Origin: Mizuhopecten yessoensis
Lineage: Eukaryota
DNA length: 64,000 bases
Reading direction: 5' to 3'
Assembly (NCBI RefSeq): GCF_002113885.1
Contig: NW_018406103.1
Coordinates: forward strand, 809,671-873,670
How positions within the stretch are numbered: the stretch's first letter is position 1; each line of letters begins with the position of its first letter. The notes beneath the pieces are model-generated. The model did not search any database and was not told the origin of the DNA. It saw nothing but the letters and a program-made list of their open reading frames with translations. Of the stretch, positions 1 through 13,476 are shown piece by piece. Made by a program: the position numbers and the translations under genes.

Positions 1-3000
1 GTTATCCAGTACGTAGGGAAAACATTGACGTGGTGTATTGTGACGTTATCTAGTACGTAGATAAAACATTGACGTGTTGTAATGTGACGTTATCTAGTAC
101 GCAGGGAAAACATTGATGTGGTGTAATGTGGTGTTACCTAGTACATAGATAAAACATTGACCTGGTGTAATGTGACGTGATCTAGTATGTAGATAAAACA
201 TTGTCGTGTTGTAATGAGACATTATCCAGTACGTAGGGAAAACATTGACGTGTTGTAATGAGACGTTATCCAGTACGTAGATAAAACATTGAGGTGGTGT
301 AATGTGACTTTTTCTAGTACATAGAGAAAACATTAATGTGGTGTAATGTAACGTTATCTAGTACATTGTATGTAAATAAAACATTGACGTGGTGTAATGT
401 GACGTTTTCTAGTACATAGAGAAAACATTGATGTGGTGTCATGTTACGTTATCTAGTACGTAGATAAAACATTGACGTGGTACAATGTGACGTTATCTAG
501 TACATAGATAAAACATTAGGGAAAACATTGACGTGTTGTAATGAGACGTTATCCAGTACGTAGGGAAAACATTGACGTGGTGTATTGTGACGTTATCTAG
601 TACGTAGATACAGCATTGAGGTGTTGTAATGTGACGTTATCTAGTACGCAGAAAAAACATTGACGTGGTGTAATGTGGTGTTATCTGGTACGTAGAGAAA
701 ACATTGACGTGGTATGATGTGACGTTATCTAGTACGTAGATAAAACATTGTTGTGTTGTAATGAGACGTTATCCAGTACGTAGATAAAACATTGACGTGG
801 TGTAATGTGACGTTATCTAGAACGTAGTGAAAACATTGACGTGTTGTAATGAGACGTTATCCAGTACGTAGGGTAAACATTGACATGGTGTATTGTGACG
901 TTATCTAGTACGTAGATAAAACATTGTTGTGTTGTAATGAGACGTTATCAAGTACGTAGATAAAACATTGACGTGGTGTAATGTGACTTTTTCTAGTACG
1001 TAGAGAAAAACATTGATGTGGTGTCATGTTACGCTATCTAGTACGTAGATAAAACATTGACGTAGTGAAATGTGACGTTATCTAGTACGGAGATAAAACA
1101 TTGAATTGGTGTAATGTGACGTGGTCTAGCACATAGAGAAAACATTGACGTGGTTTAATGTGACGTTATCTAGTCCGTAGAGAAAATATTGACGTGGTGT
1201 AATGTGACGTGATCTAGTACATAGATAAAACATTGACGTGGTTTAATGTGATGTTATCTAGTACGTAGATAAAACATTGACGTGGTTTAATGTGGCGTTA
1301 TCTAGTACATAGATAAAACATTGACCTGGTGTAATGTGACGTGATCTAGTACATAGATAAAACATTGACGTGGTTTAATGTGGCGTTATCTAGTACATAG
1401 ATAAAACATTGACGTGTTGTATTGTGACGTTATCTAGTACATAGATAAAACATTGACCTGGTGTAATGTGGCGTTATCCAGTACGTAGATAAAACATTGA
1501 CGTGGTTTAATGTGACGTGATCTAGTACATAGATAAACCATTGACGTGGTTTAATGTGACGTTATCTAGTACGTAGATAAAACATTGTTGTGGTTTAATG
1601 TGACGTTATCTTGTTCGTTGAGAAAAAATTGACGTGGTGTAATGTGACGTTTTCTAGTACGTAGGGAAAACATTGATGTGGTGTCATGTTACGTTATCTA
1701 GTACGTAGATAAAACATTGACGTGGTGTAATGTGACGTTATCTAGAACGTAGATAAAACATTGACGTGGTTTAATGTGACGTTATCTTGTTCGTTGAGAA
1801 AAAATTGACGTGGTGTAATGTGACGTTTTCTAGTACGTAGGGAAAACATTGACGTGGTTTATTGTGAGTAGATAAAACATTGACGTGTTGTAATGTGGTG
1901 TTATCTAGTACGCAGAGAAAACATTGACGCGGTGTAATGTGACGTTATCTAGAACGTAGTGAAAAAATTGACGTGTTGTAATGAGACGTTATCTAGTACG
2001 TAGGGAAAACATTGACGTAGTGTATTGTGACGTTATCTAGTACGTAGATAAAACATTGACGTGTTGTAATGTGGCGTTATCTAGTACGTAGAGAAAACAT
2101 TGATGTGGTGTCATGTTACGTTATCTAGTACGTAGATAAAACATTGACGTGGTTTAATGTGACGTTATCTAGTACGGAGATAAAACAATGACGTGGTGTA
2201 ATGTGACGTGATCTAGTACATAGATAAAACATTGACGTGGTTTAATGTGACGTTATCTAGTACGGAGATAAAACAATGACGTGGTGTAATGTGACGTGAT
2301 CTAGTACATAGATAAAACATTGACGTGGTTTAATGTGACGTTATCTAGTACGGAGATAAAACAATGACGTGGTGTAATGTGACGTGATCTAGTACATAGA
2401 TAAAACATTGACGTGGTTTAATGTGACGTTATCTAGTACGTAGATAAAACATTGACGTGGTGTAATGTGACGTGATCTAGTACATAGATGAAACATTGAC
2501 GTGGTTTAATGTGACGTTATCTAGTACATAGATAAAACATTGATCTGGTGTAATGTAACGTGATCTAGTACATAGATAAAACATTGACGTGGTTTAATGT
2601 GACGTTATCTAGTACGTAGATAAAACATTGACGTGGTGTAATGTGACGTGATCTAGTACATAGATGAAACATTGACGTGGTTTAATGTGACGTTATCTAG
2701 TACATAGATAAAACATTGATCTGGTGTAATGTAACGTGATCTAGTACATAGATAAAACATTGACGTGGTTTAATGTGACGTTATCTAGTACATAGATAAA
2801 ACATTGATCTGGTGTAATGTAACGTGATCTAGTACATAGATAAAACATTGACGTGGTGTTATGCGGTGTTATCTAGTACATAGATAAAACATTGACGTGG
2901 TGTTATGCGGTGCTATCTAGTACGTAGAGAAAACATTGACGTGCTGTATTGTGACGTTATCTAGTACGTAGAGAAAACATTGACGTGGTGTAATGTGACG

Positions 3001-3090
3001 TTATCTAGTACGTATGGAAAACATTGACGTGGTACAATGTGACGTTATCTAGTGCGTAGAGAAAACTTTGACATGGTGTAATGTAGTGTT
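1..3090. repeat. 44-bp tandem satellite, about 70 copies, runs off the left edge of the window
   Basis: Unit GTTATCTAGTACGTAGATAAAACATTGACGTGGTGTAATGTGAC recurs at 1, 45, 89 and onward; it decays by ~3090-3200. Confidence 0.97.
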
Positions 3091-3609
3091 TTCGGGCAGA
3101 TATGGTGTGTTGTAGAGAAAACATTGACATTTTGTTATGTGTCAATTTTAAGCACGTTCACATAATAGATGCGATGTAATTTAGAAGTATCTAGCCCGTA
3201 GAGGAAGCAATGACTTTGTACATTGTATATGCATTTTGTCGACCTCTGGTCCATAAAGAAAACATAAAATATACAGAATACAGACACATCATTATGAGTT
3301 TAGGAAAAGTACACTTCATATGTATATATACAATGTTCAACCACGTACACTACAGGACAATGAAGCAGTGTGTTTGTGCACTGGAGCCGTGCCTGAATGT
3401 AACACACACAGGGCTAACTTGCCGAGGTCCCTTTGGTAATAACGTGCTATAGCAGGGAGTCATATTCTGAGCTAATTACCGTAAATATGCAACATTAGGA
3501 GACATAATAAATATCAAATCACAGAATTAATTTTAGGCGAATGATAATTAAAAAATTATTAAAACGACAAGTCGGCAAATTTTCATATTGACCAATTATG
3601 CAAGTAGTT

Positions 3610-3790
3610 CATGGCGTCGTAACCTGTTCTCCCCGATTGGACGTGTTAATGTATTTGGTCAAATGGCCGACTTCATTGGTTTACTCCGGTTACTCCGGTT
3701 TCCTCCTACATTTAGACTGCGCGCTTCAATACAGGCGAACAAAGATGATAAACGGTAATGTAGTTGAAAAAAAAAAAAAATCATAATAGA
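3610..3790 (+). mobile_element. Degenerate V-domain SINE (family A)
   Basis: TCCCCGATTGGACGTG...GGTTTACTCCGGTTACTCCGGTTTCCTCCTACA resembles the copies at 5911 and 32706; A-rich 3' end. Confidence 0.6.
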
Positions 3791-4799
3791 TGTATGGTAT
3801 ATAATGCAAACATTTTTCTAAACGGACCACGTAGTTGATTAACTGTCAGAAAGTGTATATGGACCAAATTTACCCAGGCGTGGTATTTTTCTATATATTG
3901 ACTACACAAGTACTCCAGATTTCATTTATCTGGACAAGTAATAGATCAAGAAGTATCATAATACCGAATTAATATTTTTTCACATCTGAAAAGAAACTGA
4001 TAAATAATTGTCTTTCAGCTATTTTTTCAAATTTTCAAAATGTGTAGTTGAAGCAATGAATTGATAAAAAATTGTACAAACCGTTCGTGCTCATGAATAA
4101 AGTAAGATCATTTGTTTGCTAGCGACAATAATTAGTGCTAATAATTTAAAAAAATAGGTAAAAGGCATACACAAACAGAACGGTATTATGTTTCTAAAGA
4201 TAGTTTAGAAACTTGTTATTAATTTTCATATCTGGCGTTTTCCTGGGATAGCCAATCAAAGCTATTGAAAGATTACTTCCCATGGGGTCCGTTATGTTTA
4301 ATACATTGTTAAACATACAACTAACACATTTTATTTATCTATTTTTTACACATTCTTTATTTGAACCGGTTATGTCAGACCTATGACATGACATTTTAAG
4401 ATTATCATACACCGGGTTATCTAGATGTATCTTGTTCCGAGGTAGATAGCAAGAATAAAGGAAATGACATTGCTATTCAGTTTACATTTTGGTAAAGAAA
4501 AATAATACCGTGACACGCTCACAATCATTACTCTCGTGAAACAAATCATTACCCCAAGCATTGACACTATGCAATAGATACACGTACTCTCGGCTGAACT
4601 TTCCACAAAACACAAATGACCCGATTGTGTAGCGATCTTACAAACGGGACCGGATATACATGTAAGCAATGTAAATGTAACTCCCGGGACGGACGCCGTA
4701 CATCCGCACAGTAAAACACATCCCTTGTACGTTACTTAATTAGCCGAGTTATGGCTCGAGCTTTTAATCAATGGTGAAGTTAATAGTTGTGATAAGATT

Positions 4800-4956
4800 C
4801 TTCAGAGTGACAGCGCATGCGTCACTTGGCATTTTGAAGCAAAAAATATCGTTAATTAAACACTCGGAAAATAGCTATAGACAAACCATCTGGGTTGTTA
4901 CACAGCCGCGATACTCATCGCTCTGTTTGCTTCCCTGGACACACCGCAAACTGATG
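4800..4956 (+). other. Candidate first exon ending in ATG at a splice donor (5' boundary unknown)
   Basis: ...AAACTGATG|GTGAGT consensus donor at 4956/4957, with CpG-richer sequence upstream. No homology evidence. Confidence 0.3.
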
Positions 4957-5910
4957 GTGAGTTTCTATTTTTGTTTTTGAAATCGCTTTCTAACACTTGT
5001 TTCCTATTCTGGTAAAACGTTTTAAAGAACCAGTCATCTTGGTCTCCTTTTAACTTCTCGAAATTGATTAATTTTCACGGAAGAGCAGTTACGTTGATTC
5101 AAATATCATAGTGAGGTACAATATAGAAATGATATTATGATTAAAAATTTAAATAAATATTGCATTATCTTGATAAGATCGACCCTGTAATTTTGAGCCA
5201 TTGATCATGACTCATAGATCTAGTAATATACATGTAAATATGGTAGGAAAAATATAAAGATGGCATTAACAATGTTTCATGTGTATGCAAGTTTGTTTAA
5301 AAAAAAAATTATTCAAGCAAAAATGAAAAACAAATGTGTTTGAATGTCAGCGGAAATGCTAAAATAGAAGTCGACTAACTATTTTTTTTGACATAGTGTA
5401 TCTATTACCATTTTAAAGGTGCAGATGCCTATGCACGTGTTACGTTCACGTTTCAAGATACAATATGGTAAATCTGCTTGTAGAAGTTTTCATCACAGAG
5501 GCTCGCTGTAATCTTGAGGCAAGATATTTATCTCTTGAGTAATAATGGCATGGCTCATTATAAAATGCACACTTAATAGGTTATTTTATTTCAAATCAAT
5601 CAATACTCCTCTTAATTTTGAAAATCAAAAATTGAGGTGTTTTACGCACCTGCCCCTCTGTTTTAACAGTAGTTTAGACAATTCGGATTTACAACTTTAT
5701 GGCCCCTAGTATCACCGATCAATCCTAGAAGGACAGAACAGCTGCATGATGCAGCGTACTTTATTTCGGAATACTGTATCTAATACTAGATTTGAAATAT
5801 GCAGTCACTTGTATGTATGTAACGTCCATGTTTTAAGAGTTTTAGAATGCGCGTTCTTTTTTATTCAAAATCTTAACGTAGGTATGTAAGTTATATACAT
5901 TGTCTATGAT

Positions 5911-6157
5911 AAACTTTATATATTATACAACTTAAATGAAACAAGAAATTACATATATGTATAATATATATATTAATCACCTCTGTTGGCCCGGATATTA
6001 GCGCGCAGTGGGTCTTAATGCGGTAGGATACCGGATTACCCGGAGAAAACCTACGTTGTCGGGCAGGTGACCCCATACATTTTTACATCCGTTTGGGGAA
6101 TCGGACCATGGCCGCCTTGGTGAATGGCGAATGCGTTATCCGCTGTTCCACCAGACC
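5911..6157 (-). mobile_element. tRNA-derived V-domain SINE (family A)
   Basis: Reverse strand shows a tRNA-like head (GGTCTGGTGGAACAGCGGATAACG...GGTCCGATTCCCC), then GGTTTTCTCCGGGTAATCCGGTATCCTACC; colinear with 32706-32900. Confidence 0.8.
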
Positions 6158-6879
6158 ATTCTTTATATAATGTCACCTGAGTGTCCCCTTAGTGTGTACT
6201 AGGACAGTGGAAGAGAAAGGTATACCATAACGACACTAGAGACCCGAGATACACCCTACCCAGTAGATTACCCCTCTATCATGTCTTCCTCTCATGTGTC
6301 AAATGTACATATTTGAGATCCCCAACCTTTGATCATATATATAATTGCAAGACATATAGAAATGTAAGGCAGGTATCAAATTTACATAAGTGTCACGACA
6401 CTTGTTTTTGTTACCTCTTCTGTTCTATAAAATGTACAATTTATATTTCAATGTATTGTCATAGAAAATAAAAAAAAAGTTTAAACCAAGGCATCATGAG
6501 ATGAACACAATCGCTCTACAATATATGCAATTGCAGAGCGTGTTGATACATACATGCTGCTAAGATTAGTCCCGTTCGATGGCCTATCCCAAGGATCTAT
6601 TTTCCATACTACATATACAAACTGTAGTTTCATTGAGAATCTATTGTCACGATTGCTTAAATATCCAGGTGAACGATACAGGCCTTCGGGGCCTCTTAAC
6701 GTCTTTTCTTGTCCATGTTGAATACGTGTATGTTGTTGTCACTATTTCCAATGTCTTTAAAATGTTATCTCCGACTCCGTTCCTAAGGAATTTCTCAATA
6801 AAGAAATTACACTGCAACATATGCTAATTTTTGTGTGATATGAAGATATATAAACATATGTTTTATTATACTCACGAGT

Positions 6880-7060
6880 GTGCCTTGTGGTTGGGTTGTC
6901 ACTACCCAAATTCTCGATATTACTTGGATTCGTCCTTGATTTTCATGGCGCGTTCCCTTCCGGGATGCCTGGTCCTATTCTCTTTGTACATTTTAAGAGT
7001 TTCCATGTGAATCTTTCCTTTGTTCATATTTGCCCTCTTTTTTATCAGCGAGTTCAAGTA
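6880..7060 (+). mobile_element. Old dispersed repeat, probable LINE 3' end (similar to 8030-8230)
   Basis: Shares CCGG..CCTGGTC...TTCCATGT(G/A)AATCTTTC.TTTGTTCATATTT with 8100-8200. Confidence 0.45.
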
Positions 7061-8029
7061 ACAGTTGTGTTGATATTTCGGTGTTCCCTTGTTGATAAAA
7101 CAATATTAACGGTATTTGTGATGCAAAAGTATTTTTTTTTAAATGATAATTTATGAATGAACGGTTATTTAGCTTAAGCTAATGGATAACTGATGCCGCG
7201 TGAATTCTCGTACGCATGAAGAGTATGTATCATTCAGGTTGTCCCGAATTAGTATACATTTCTATTTAAAGATTTTAATTAAATACCTCTCATACATTCA
7301 CACGCACTGTACAAAGTACAAGTCGAGTTTATCGTACGATACGCTGTAACAATACACTGGTGTATATACTAATGAAGTACCAACAACGATACTAGTGTTA
7401 ACAGTTTGGCAGTTGGTCAAGATTGAAAATAATATTATCTGCAAATGGACTGTTTTTTCCAGAACTGGACATTAGTTGTCATTTCGTTGACCAAGGTTTT
7501 TTTCCTAGTATTATGCATATTAGATTTAATATTTTTTTAATTGTTTAAGATACATATGGCGGATGTCGTTACTGGTCTCCGTAAATAAATCGGGTTTGTT
7601 TTTGTGAACAGTTTGCCCTAGTTTAATCGGTTCCCAGTTCGAATTACATTTTATTGCTTTTGTTTTGGCTTTTGGGTTCATTTTTTTTAACCGCGTCCAC
7701 GGATGCAAATATTTGTTAAGTTTTTGTTTTTAATGATAAAAACACTTTATTTGATTGTAAAAACGACGTCGAGCTGAATACTGATATGATACACTGTATA
7801 ATAATAAAAAATAAAAAATAATCAGTCTGTTTTGGAAGGGCTTATGAAGTATTTTCTACTGTTTTAGTGTCTAATTGGCTTCTGATTATTTTATCGATTC
7901 GATTAGTCTCAATATCTCATTATCTCATTGGGAATAAACTGTTCTCTAGTGTGCTATGAAGGTCAACGTTTTTGTATTATACACCTTAGCATGCCTTGTT
8001 GTTTCCGTTTGACTATCCCGGTTCTCTGT

Positions 8030-8230
8030 TTGGGAAGGGGGCTTGGAATCGACGTAAATTAACATGTTGGTTAACGTCAAAGAAGCAGAACACGCGTACC
8101 ACTCCGGAACACCTGGTCTGTTTCTCCTTTTAATTTCCTAAGTGTTTTTCACTGGCTTCCATGTAAATCTTTCATTTGTTCATATTTCGCTCTTGTTTCA
8201 TCGAAATTGACGGTTTTGTTGGAAGTTTAT
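8030..8230 (+). mobile_element. Old dispersed repeat, probable CR1/Zenon-like LINE 3' end
   Basis: GCAGAACACGCGTACCACTCCGGAACACCTGGTC motif; second copy at 6880-7060. Family assignment is from memory only. Confidence 0.45.
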
Positions 8231-8527
8231 ATTCTCATGTTGTATTTAATAACTTGCCCTAGTATGTTGATGCTATAGGTATATTAGTTTGTATGTTGAT
8301 ATATATTCTACAAACAATATCTGATATATCCATAGAACATGTTTTTTTATCGTTTTTTGTTAGTTCAAAATGATCTAAGCGTAAACATTGTACTTCAGTG
8401 TTTTAGCTCTGTTCCAATTACAAATTCTAATCTAAATAGTTCTGTTATTTTTCCTGAGCTTCGAAATGTACTTCCTATTCTTGAGTGAAAATATAAAAAT
8501 ATACATAACAAGTGATTAATGTAATGG

Positions 8528-8790
8528 CGGCCGAGAAAAAAATCTCGGAACGAATCCTGAACCCGCACGTAATTCAAAAGGAAGTCACTATTTCGACCAA
8601 TCAGAGGCCGCGACTGACATCTTGGATGTGCAGTAACGAAACCAAAAGGTAAAATGCACATCACAGCAAGCGCCCCAATGCTTCCGAGGAAATGATCGGA
8701 CAAGTTAATGACGAAAGAAGATAAAGAAGATGAAGACGAAAAAACGAAGTAAACCAATAAGTCCCAAAACTTCTTTTTTTTGGGCCTTAA
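8528..8790. mobile_element. Possible non-autonomous DNA transposon
   Basis: Imperfect inverted ends GGCCGAGAAAAAAA ... TTTTTTTTGGGCC; GC-richer interior with GACCAATCAG. Confidence 0.3.
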
Positions 8791-10794
8791 TAACAAATAA
8801 CCGTTTTGAGGACTAGATACATAGATGTAAGGATAAAATTAACATAAAATATATACCTTGGTGTACTGTCAGCACACAAGAACAAAAAGGGCAAGACAAT
8901 GCTAGAAGTTTTGCGTTATTCGTTATCCTTAATAACGAATAACTGTCCAACCTTACCTTACTAACAAAAAGCGGATTTTTAACGTGTGAGAGCATGCCTA
9001 TTGCTGATTGGCGGACATAAACATTACTGATATATGACACGTTACATGAAATCCGTAGATCACAGAAAGGTAGGACGTAGGTTAAGTTAAGCACTGTATT
9101 ATGCTGAACGTGTTATGTACCCACTATTAAGTTTATTTAAATTTTAAGTTTTTTTCAGAAATGCTATACCTTGATATCATGCATGAATGATTTTCAATGT
9201 CGACACATGTATCTTGCAAATATTTTCATATATATACTAACAATATGTATAGTTGGCACCTGCACATCACGTAACGCCCTAATAACATTGTAGAAATGTG
9301 CCACATTAACTAGACTTCAAACTAAGCAATGAATTATTATCCCAATGTGTTGTATTCCGTCATACTATATTTCGGTAATCGTAGCCAAAATTAAAACAGT
9401 GGTTTATCACGTTGCAGAATTTTTCTCATAGTCATAGCTATATATATAGACGTTACGCTGATAGTTCTACATTCAGGACTGAAGCTCCGATCCATGTCAT
9501 TCTCCCGGCACCCGTACCTTCAATAGTCGCATTTGTATATTTGTAAAGGAAGTAGCCCGTGTTCATTGCTCATACAAGCACTATGTTAATGTCTTAATCA
9601 CTTGCAAGCTTCATTATTCATATGAATTCAGCATTGGTTTCAAACGTTTAATTGATTCAATTACATTTGATAAAATGCCCTTGAAAACAATGAAAAGAAC
9701 ATTCTTTCACGCGAAAAGTGTACAAAAACAGTTGTCACATGTATAAATCTGTCTTAAATTGTTCCTGTTTCTGTGATATATGACCGTCAGGAATAATTTG
9801 GGGAAAATGCAAACGCACGGTGATGCAGCGTTCTGCGATTCTATTGTTACTGCAGTGTCATTATGAATTAAACAAACAGTATCTGCTTACTGTATATCTT
9901 TAGCTTTAAGGGTCCCAATACCACTGCCAAACATGTAACTAAGTATTAGAAACTCCCGTTTTTCAGCACGACTGTAGTTTTGATGAACCATTTCAGAAAA
10001 GAAAACCATACCTTACAGGAGTTTAATGAGAAATGATAGATATGAAATAAACAAATATAAATCAACAACAGTGGTCTGGGTGCATCAATTCAGCGGGACC
10101 AGAACGATATTCCAACTCTGGACTTCAGATTGATTACATGGTCGACATAAGCCTAGCCAAACTATGTTACAGACATGTATATGGCCTCAGACAAAAATTA
10201 ATTCTACTATATGTTACTAACAAAGGAAAAATTAAATTAATATATTTTTAAACTTTGCACAGGGTCTGGTTCCTATTTCATATTGTAGGTCGATTCAGAC
10301 TGAACATACAGTGAGCTGGAAAGTTCCTCATGACCGGCATTTAAGAAAGATAATTTCATTTGAATATGTCACTACCTGCATGTATAGGGGAAAATACCAT
10401 AAAACACAAAATATCACTGCGCAAGCCTCATTACTAATTGTGTTCTGCCGCGAATACAAACAAGAAAAATGTGTCAAAAAAACGATCATTAGAATAGATA
10501 TTGTTGAACAATATTGTAAAAACAAACTTTACAAATCTACCATAGATCAGACAGGAAAAAGTATTTAGTAACTGACCTGAAATGTCCTTATGCACTACAT
10601 TCGTGTACAACGACCCAGAAGTGTATTTGTGGTCTGATGCCATATATATCCAAACGGAAGTTATTGGGAGGTTACTCTGTAAACAAAATACACTGGGATC
10701 CTGAAATACATAGGTTATGTTATTGATGCCTCTTGTGCCTTATATATACATTGGCGACTGAATATTACAAAGACACATACATATACATGTGCAC

Positions 10795-11030
10795 ACAGGT
10801 GATTACACCTTTAAAATTTAGTTATAGATACACAGTTTCCCAAAATTGAATTACACAGCACATACAGCTGTTTCGTCCTTCTACGACTCAACGGTGATGC
10901 TTGGGGCCAAAAGGTTCGAAATTCAAATTTGTCAAAACTACGATTGAAACAGTTGGAAAGGTGTGAAAAACGACTTAATATATGAATTTCAAAATTTTGA
11001 GGAGAACTAGTTTATTTTAAATTACATAAT
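10795..11030 (-). mobile_element. Retrozyme/Penelope-related repeat with a degenerate type I hammerhead (core ~10858-10900)
   Basis: Minus strand GCATCA-CCGTTGA-GTC GTAGAAG GAC-GAAA-CAGCTGTA-TGTGC; colinear with 16540-16770. Confidence 0.6.
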
Positions 11031-11154
11031 AAGTAAAGTGTGTATATTATTGTTAAGTATGAACCGTGTCACTTCTCAAATGAGATGGCTGTGGTCACCA
11101 AGGTAACGGCGAACCAGCAGAGTCTACCACTTTGTACCTTGACAGATGAACGTA

Positions 11155-11362
11155 ACACACATATATACACACATATACACATCCCCCNNNNNNNNNNNNN
11201 NNNNNNNNNNNNNNNNNNNNNNNNNNNNNNNNNNNNNNNNNNNNNNNNNNNNNNNNNNNNNNNNNNNNNNNNNNNNNNNNNNNNNNNNNNNNNNNNNNNN
11301 NNNNNNNNNNNNNNNNNNNNNNNCCCACACACATACACGCTCACACACACACACACATACAC
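11155..11362. repeat. (CA)n/(CATA)n microsatellite interrupted by an assembly gap (N 11188-11323)
   Basis: Seen directly. Confidence 0.9.
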
Positions 11363-11952
11363 AGGTGATTATATAAGAATTGATGTTTTATGTTTGTTTT
11401 ATCAGCCCATCATCATCTATTATCATAACAATACATTCTCAACATACCTTGTAAACAATATAAACTTTCTTTCGTAATGTTACGTAGCAGTGATTCCCCA
11501 TCTGTTGGAATGTTACTCATTCTCTGTATCCATCCGATAGCCGGTGTTGGATTACTGATACCATCACATATATCTGATAAGTGATTCGCTCCGATCAGAA
11601 TGTCTTCACGTGGAGAACAGTTAGCGCACGCGATACCTGCTGCGCAGACGTTATTGAAATGTACCGGTCGAGTCATGAAGCAGTTAAAAAGACACTATAA
11701 CGACCACACAGCGTGTTGACAACACTTTATTGAGAGTTTTTCAGTGAAAGTTCTTTTATGTTTTTGGATAACGGGAAATATGATGTAAATTTAACGATGC
11801 ACAGTCAAACGTTTCTGCAGCGCCTTGATTTGATCTTTATCACAGATGTTTGCTTACAAGCTTTTTTTATTATCATTTATTTTTTATTTATTATATTACA
11901 TGTAAAAGTTGATCAATCGGGAATGCACGATCTTCTCTTCTCTTTTATACAG

Positions 11953-12010
11953 ATTTATTTTAAGGCAGTACTTTGCCGAAGGAAAAGAAAAAAACAAAAT
12001 CGTACTCTTG
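11953..12010 (+). other. Candidate 58-nt internal exon
   Basis: Acceptor TCTTCTCTTCTCTTTTATACAG| and donor TTG|GTAAGT; phase-0 frame is open (IYFKAVLCRRKRKKQNRTL). Confidence 0.4.
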
Positions 12011-12695
12011 GTAAGTTAACGCAGTGCTAGGTAATCGCATATTGTCTGTATGCACAGGTCTTGAACAAAGAAAGCAATTATTTCTGTTCTATTTCGTTTC
12101 ATGTAATAATGTTGTCAATTGTTCTTGTTCTTATATAGCTATCATCAACAACATTTTCATGAAAATGAAGCTTCGTTAATTCTAATTAACAGCACATTTT
12201 GGAAAGAAAAAGAGTTGGAATGCAGCATAAAGGTTGCACAATCGTTGTCCAAAAAAAGTCCAAACAATTCAAACAAATATAAAAGATAGTGTCTTTTGTT
12301 CATTTGTTTAAGCGTATAACTAACATTTATAAAGATGAAAGTAAGACACACATGTGCGTAAACTCCTTAATTATGTGAATTTCAAAAAATGGAGGAAAAC
12401 TGCTAATATTAAAATTGCGTAATGAGTAAAACATGTTTATAAGGGGAGCATGTCACTTGTAAAATGAAATTATTGCGGCTATCAAAATAACGGCAAATGT
12501 GGGGCACTGAGAAATCCACCAGCAGACTCTAGAACCTTCTATCTCGAAGAATGAACGTAAGACAAACTCAGATGAACACATCTCCAAACTCTACAGATGG
12601 TTATTAGTACAATGCATTACGTGTAATAGACAAGATTCAAACTGAACAATGTTTCAATGACAAAAACTCTAGCGGTGTCACATTTTCAATATATT

Positions 12696-12851
12696 GGTTT
12701 TGTTTGTTTGTGGTTTACGTCCTATTAACAGTTGTTAAATGACGAGCCAGGTTTTGGTGGTGGAGGAAAGCCGGAGTACCCGGAAAAAACACCAACCTGC
12801 CGCAAGTACCTGGCGACTTCCCCACGTAGGCCTCAAACCCGCGTCCCAGTG
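12696..12851 (-). mobile_element. V-domain SINE (family B), 5'-truncated
   Basis: GGTGGAGGAAAGCCGGAGTACCCGGAAAAAAC core, CCCCACGTAGGCCTC, and tail GTCCTATTAACAG plus (GTTT)n; homologous to 28885, 31320 and 55812. Confidence 0.8.
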
Positions 12852-12902
12852 TACGAGAGCTAAAACACAAATAAACAAAAAAAAACAGTTGATTTAATAT
12901 TG

Positions 12903-13050
12903 ACTGTATCGAATGAAATATTCGTTGTGTATAAACATTCGTTGTTTTCGTGGTTGTTACATGTATTATAGGATATCCATGAAAGTTTGTACCACGAAAC
13001 GGTCTAAATGGCTTCAAACCACGGATGAAAGTACCCACGACTATTTCGTA
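12903..13050. mobile_element. Degenerate Tc1/mariner-type MITE
   Basis: ACTGTA start followed by TTCGTTG/TTCGTG sub-repeats, mirrored by CCACGAAA/CCACGA at the other side. Confidence 0.4.
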
Positions 13051-13476
13051 TATATCGTAATATTTTCAAACGAGATCAGCTGTTACAAGATTTGACCAGT
13101 GATAAAAACCGCTATAAACCACCTGTTGTTATCTGTTACACTTCTTTTCAAATCCTCCATTATCTCGTTTTCAGCCCATTATCACTGCGAACTTGATCCT
13201 AAGTAAAAAAAAATTATATATATCTGATGTTTATAAGACATTGAGAGATTAATTTACAAATACCACTAGCAAGGTCATTATCATGCCATACAGCTTATCG
13301 TACCCGTTGTCTAAGGTATTTGGATATACTGTCGAATGTAAGTTTTTTGTATATAATTTAAAACAGATTAATGATTGTATCGGAGTTTTGTATGATAAAT
13401 GTTCACCTTCCGTCTAAATGTATGATAGGTAAGGGTAAAATAAGTATAGGTACATGTAGTGTAACTATAACAGGAG

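Noticed and set aside
1-3090. CRISPR-like array (also considered for 30314-30997, 47071-47702 and 51665-52020)
   Set aside because: Head-to-tail units with no unique spacers, no cas genes, eukaryotic context.
11040-11477. ORFs spanning 11.0-11.5 kb
   Set aside because: Open only because of the N run and the CA microsatellite.
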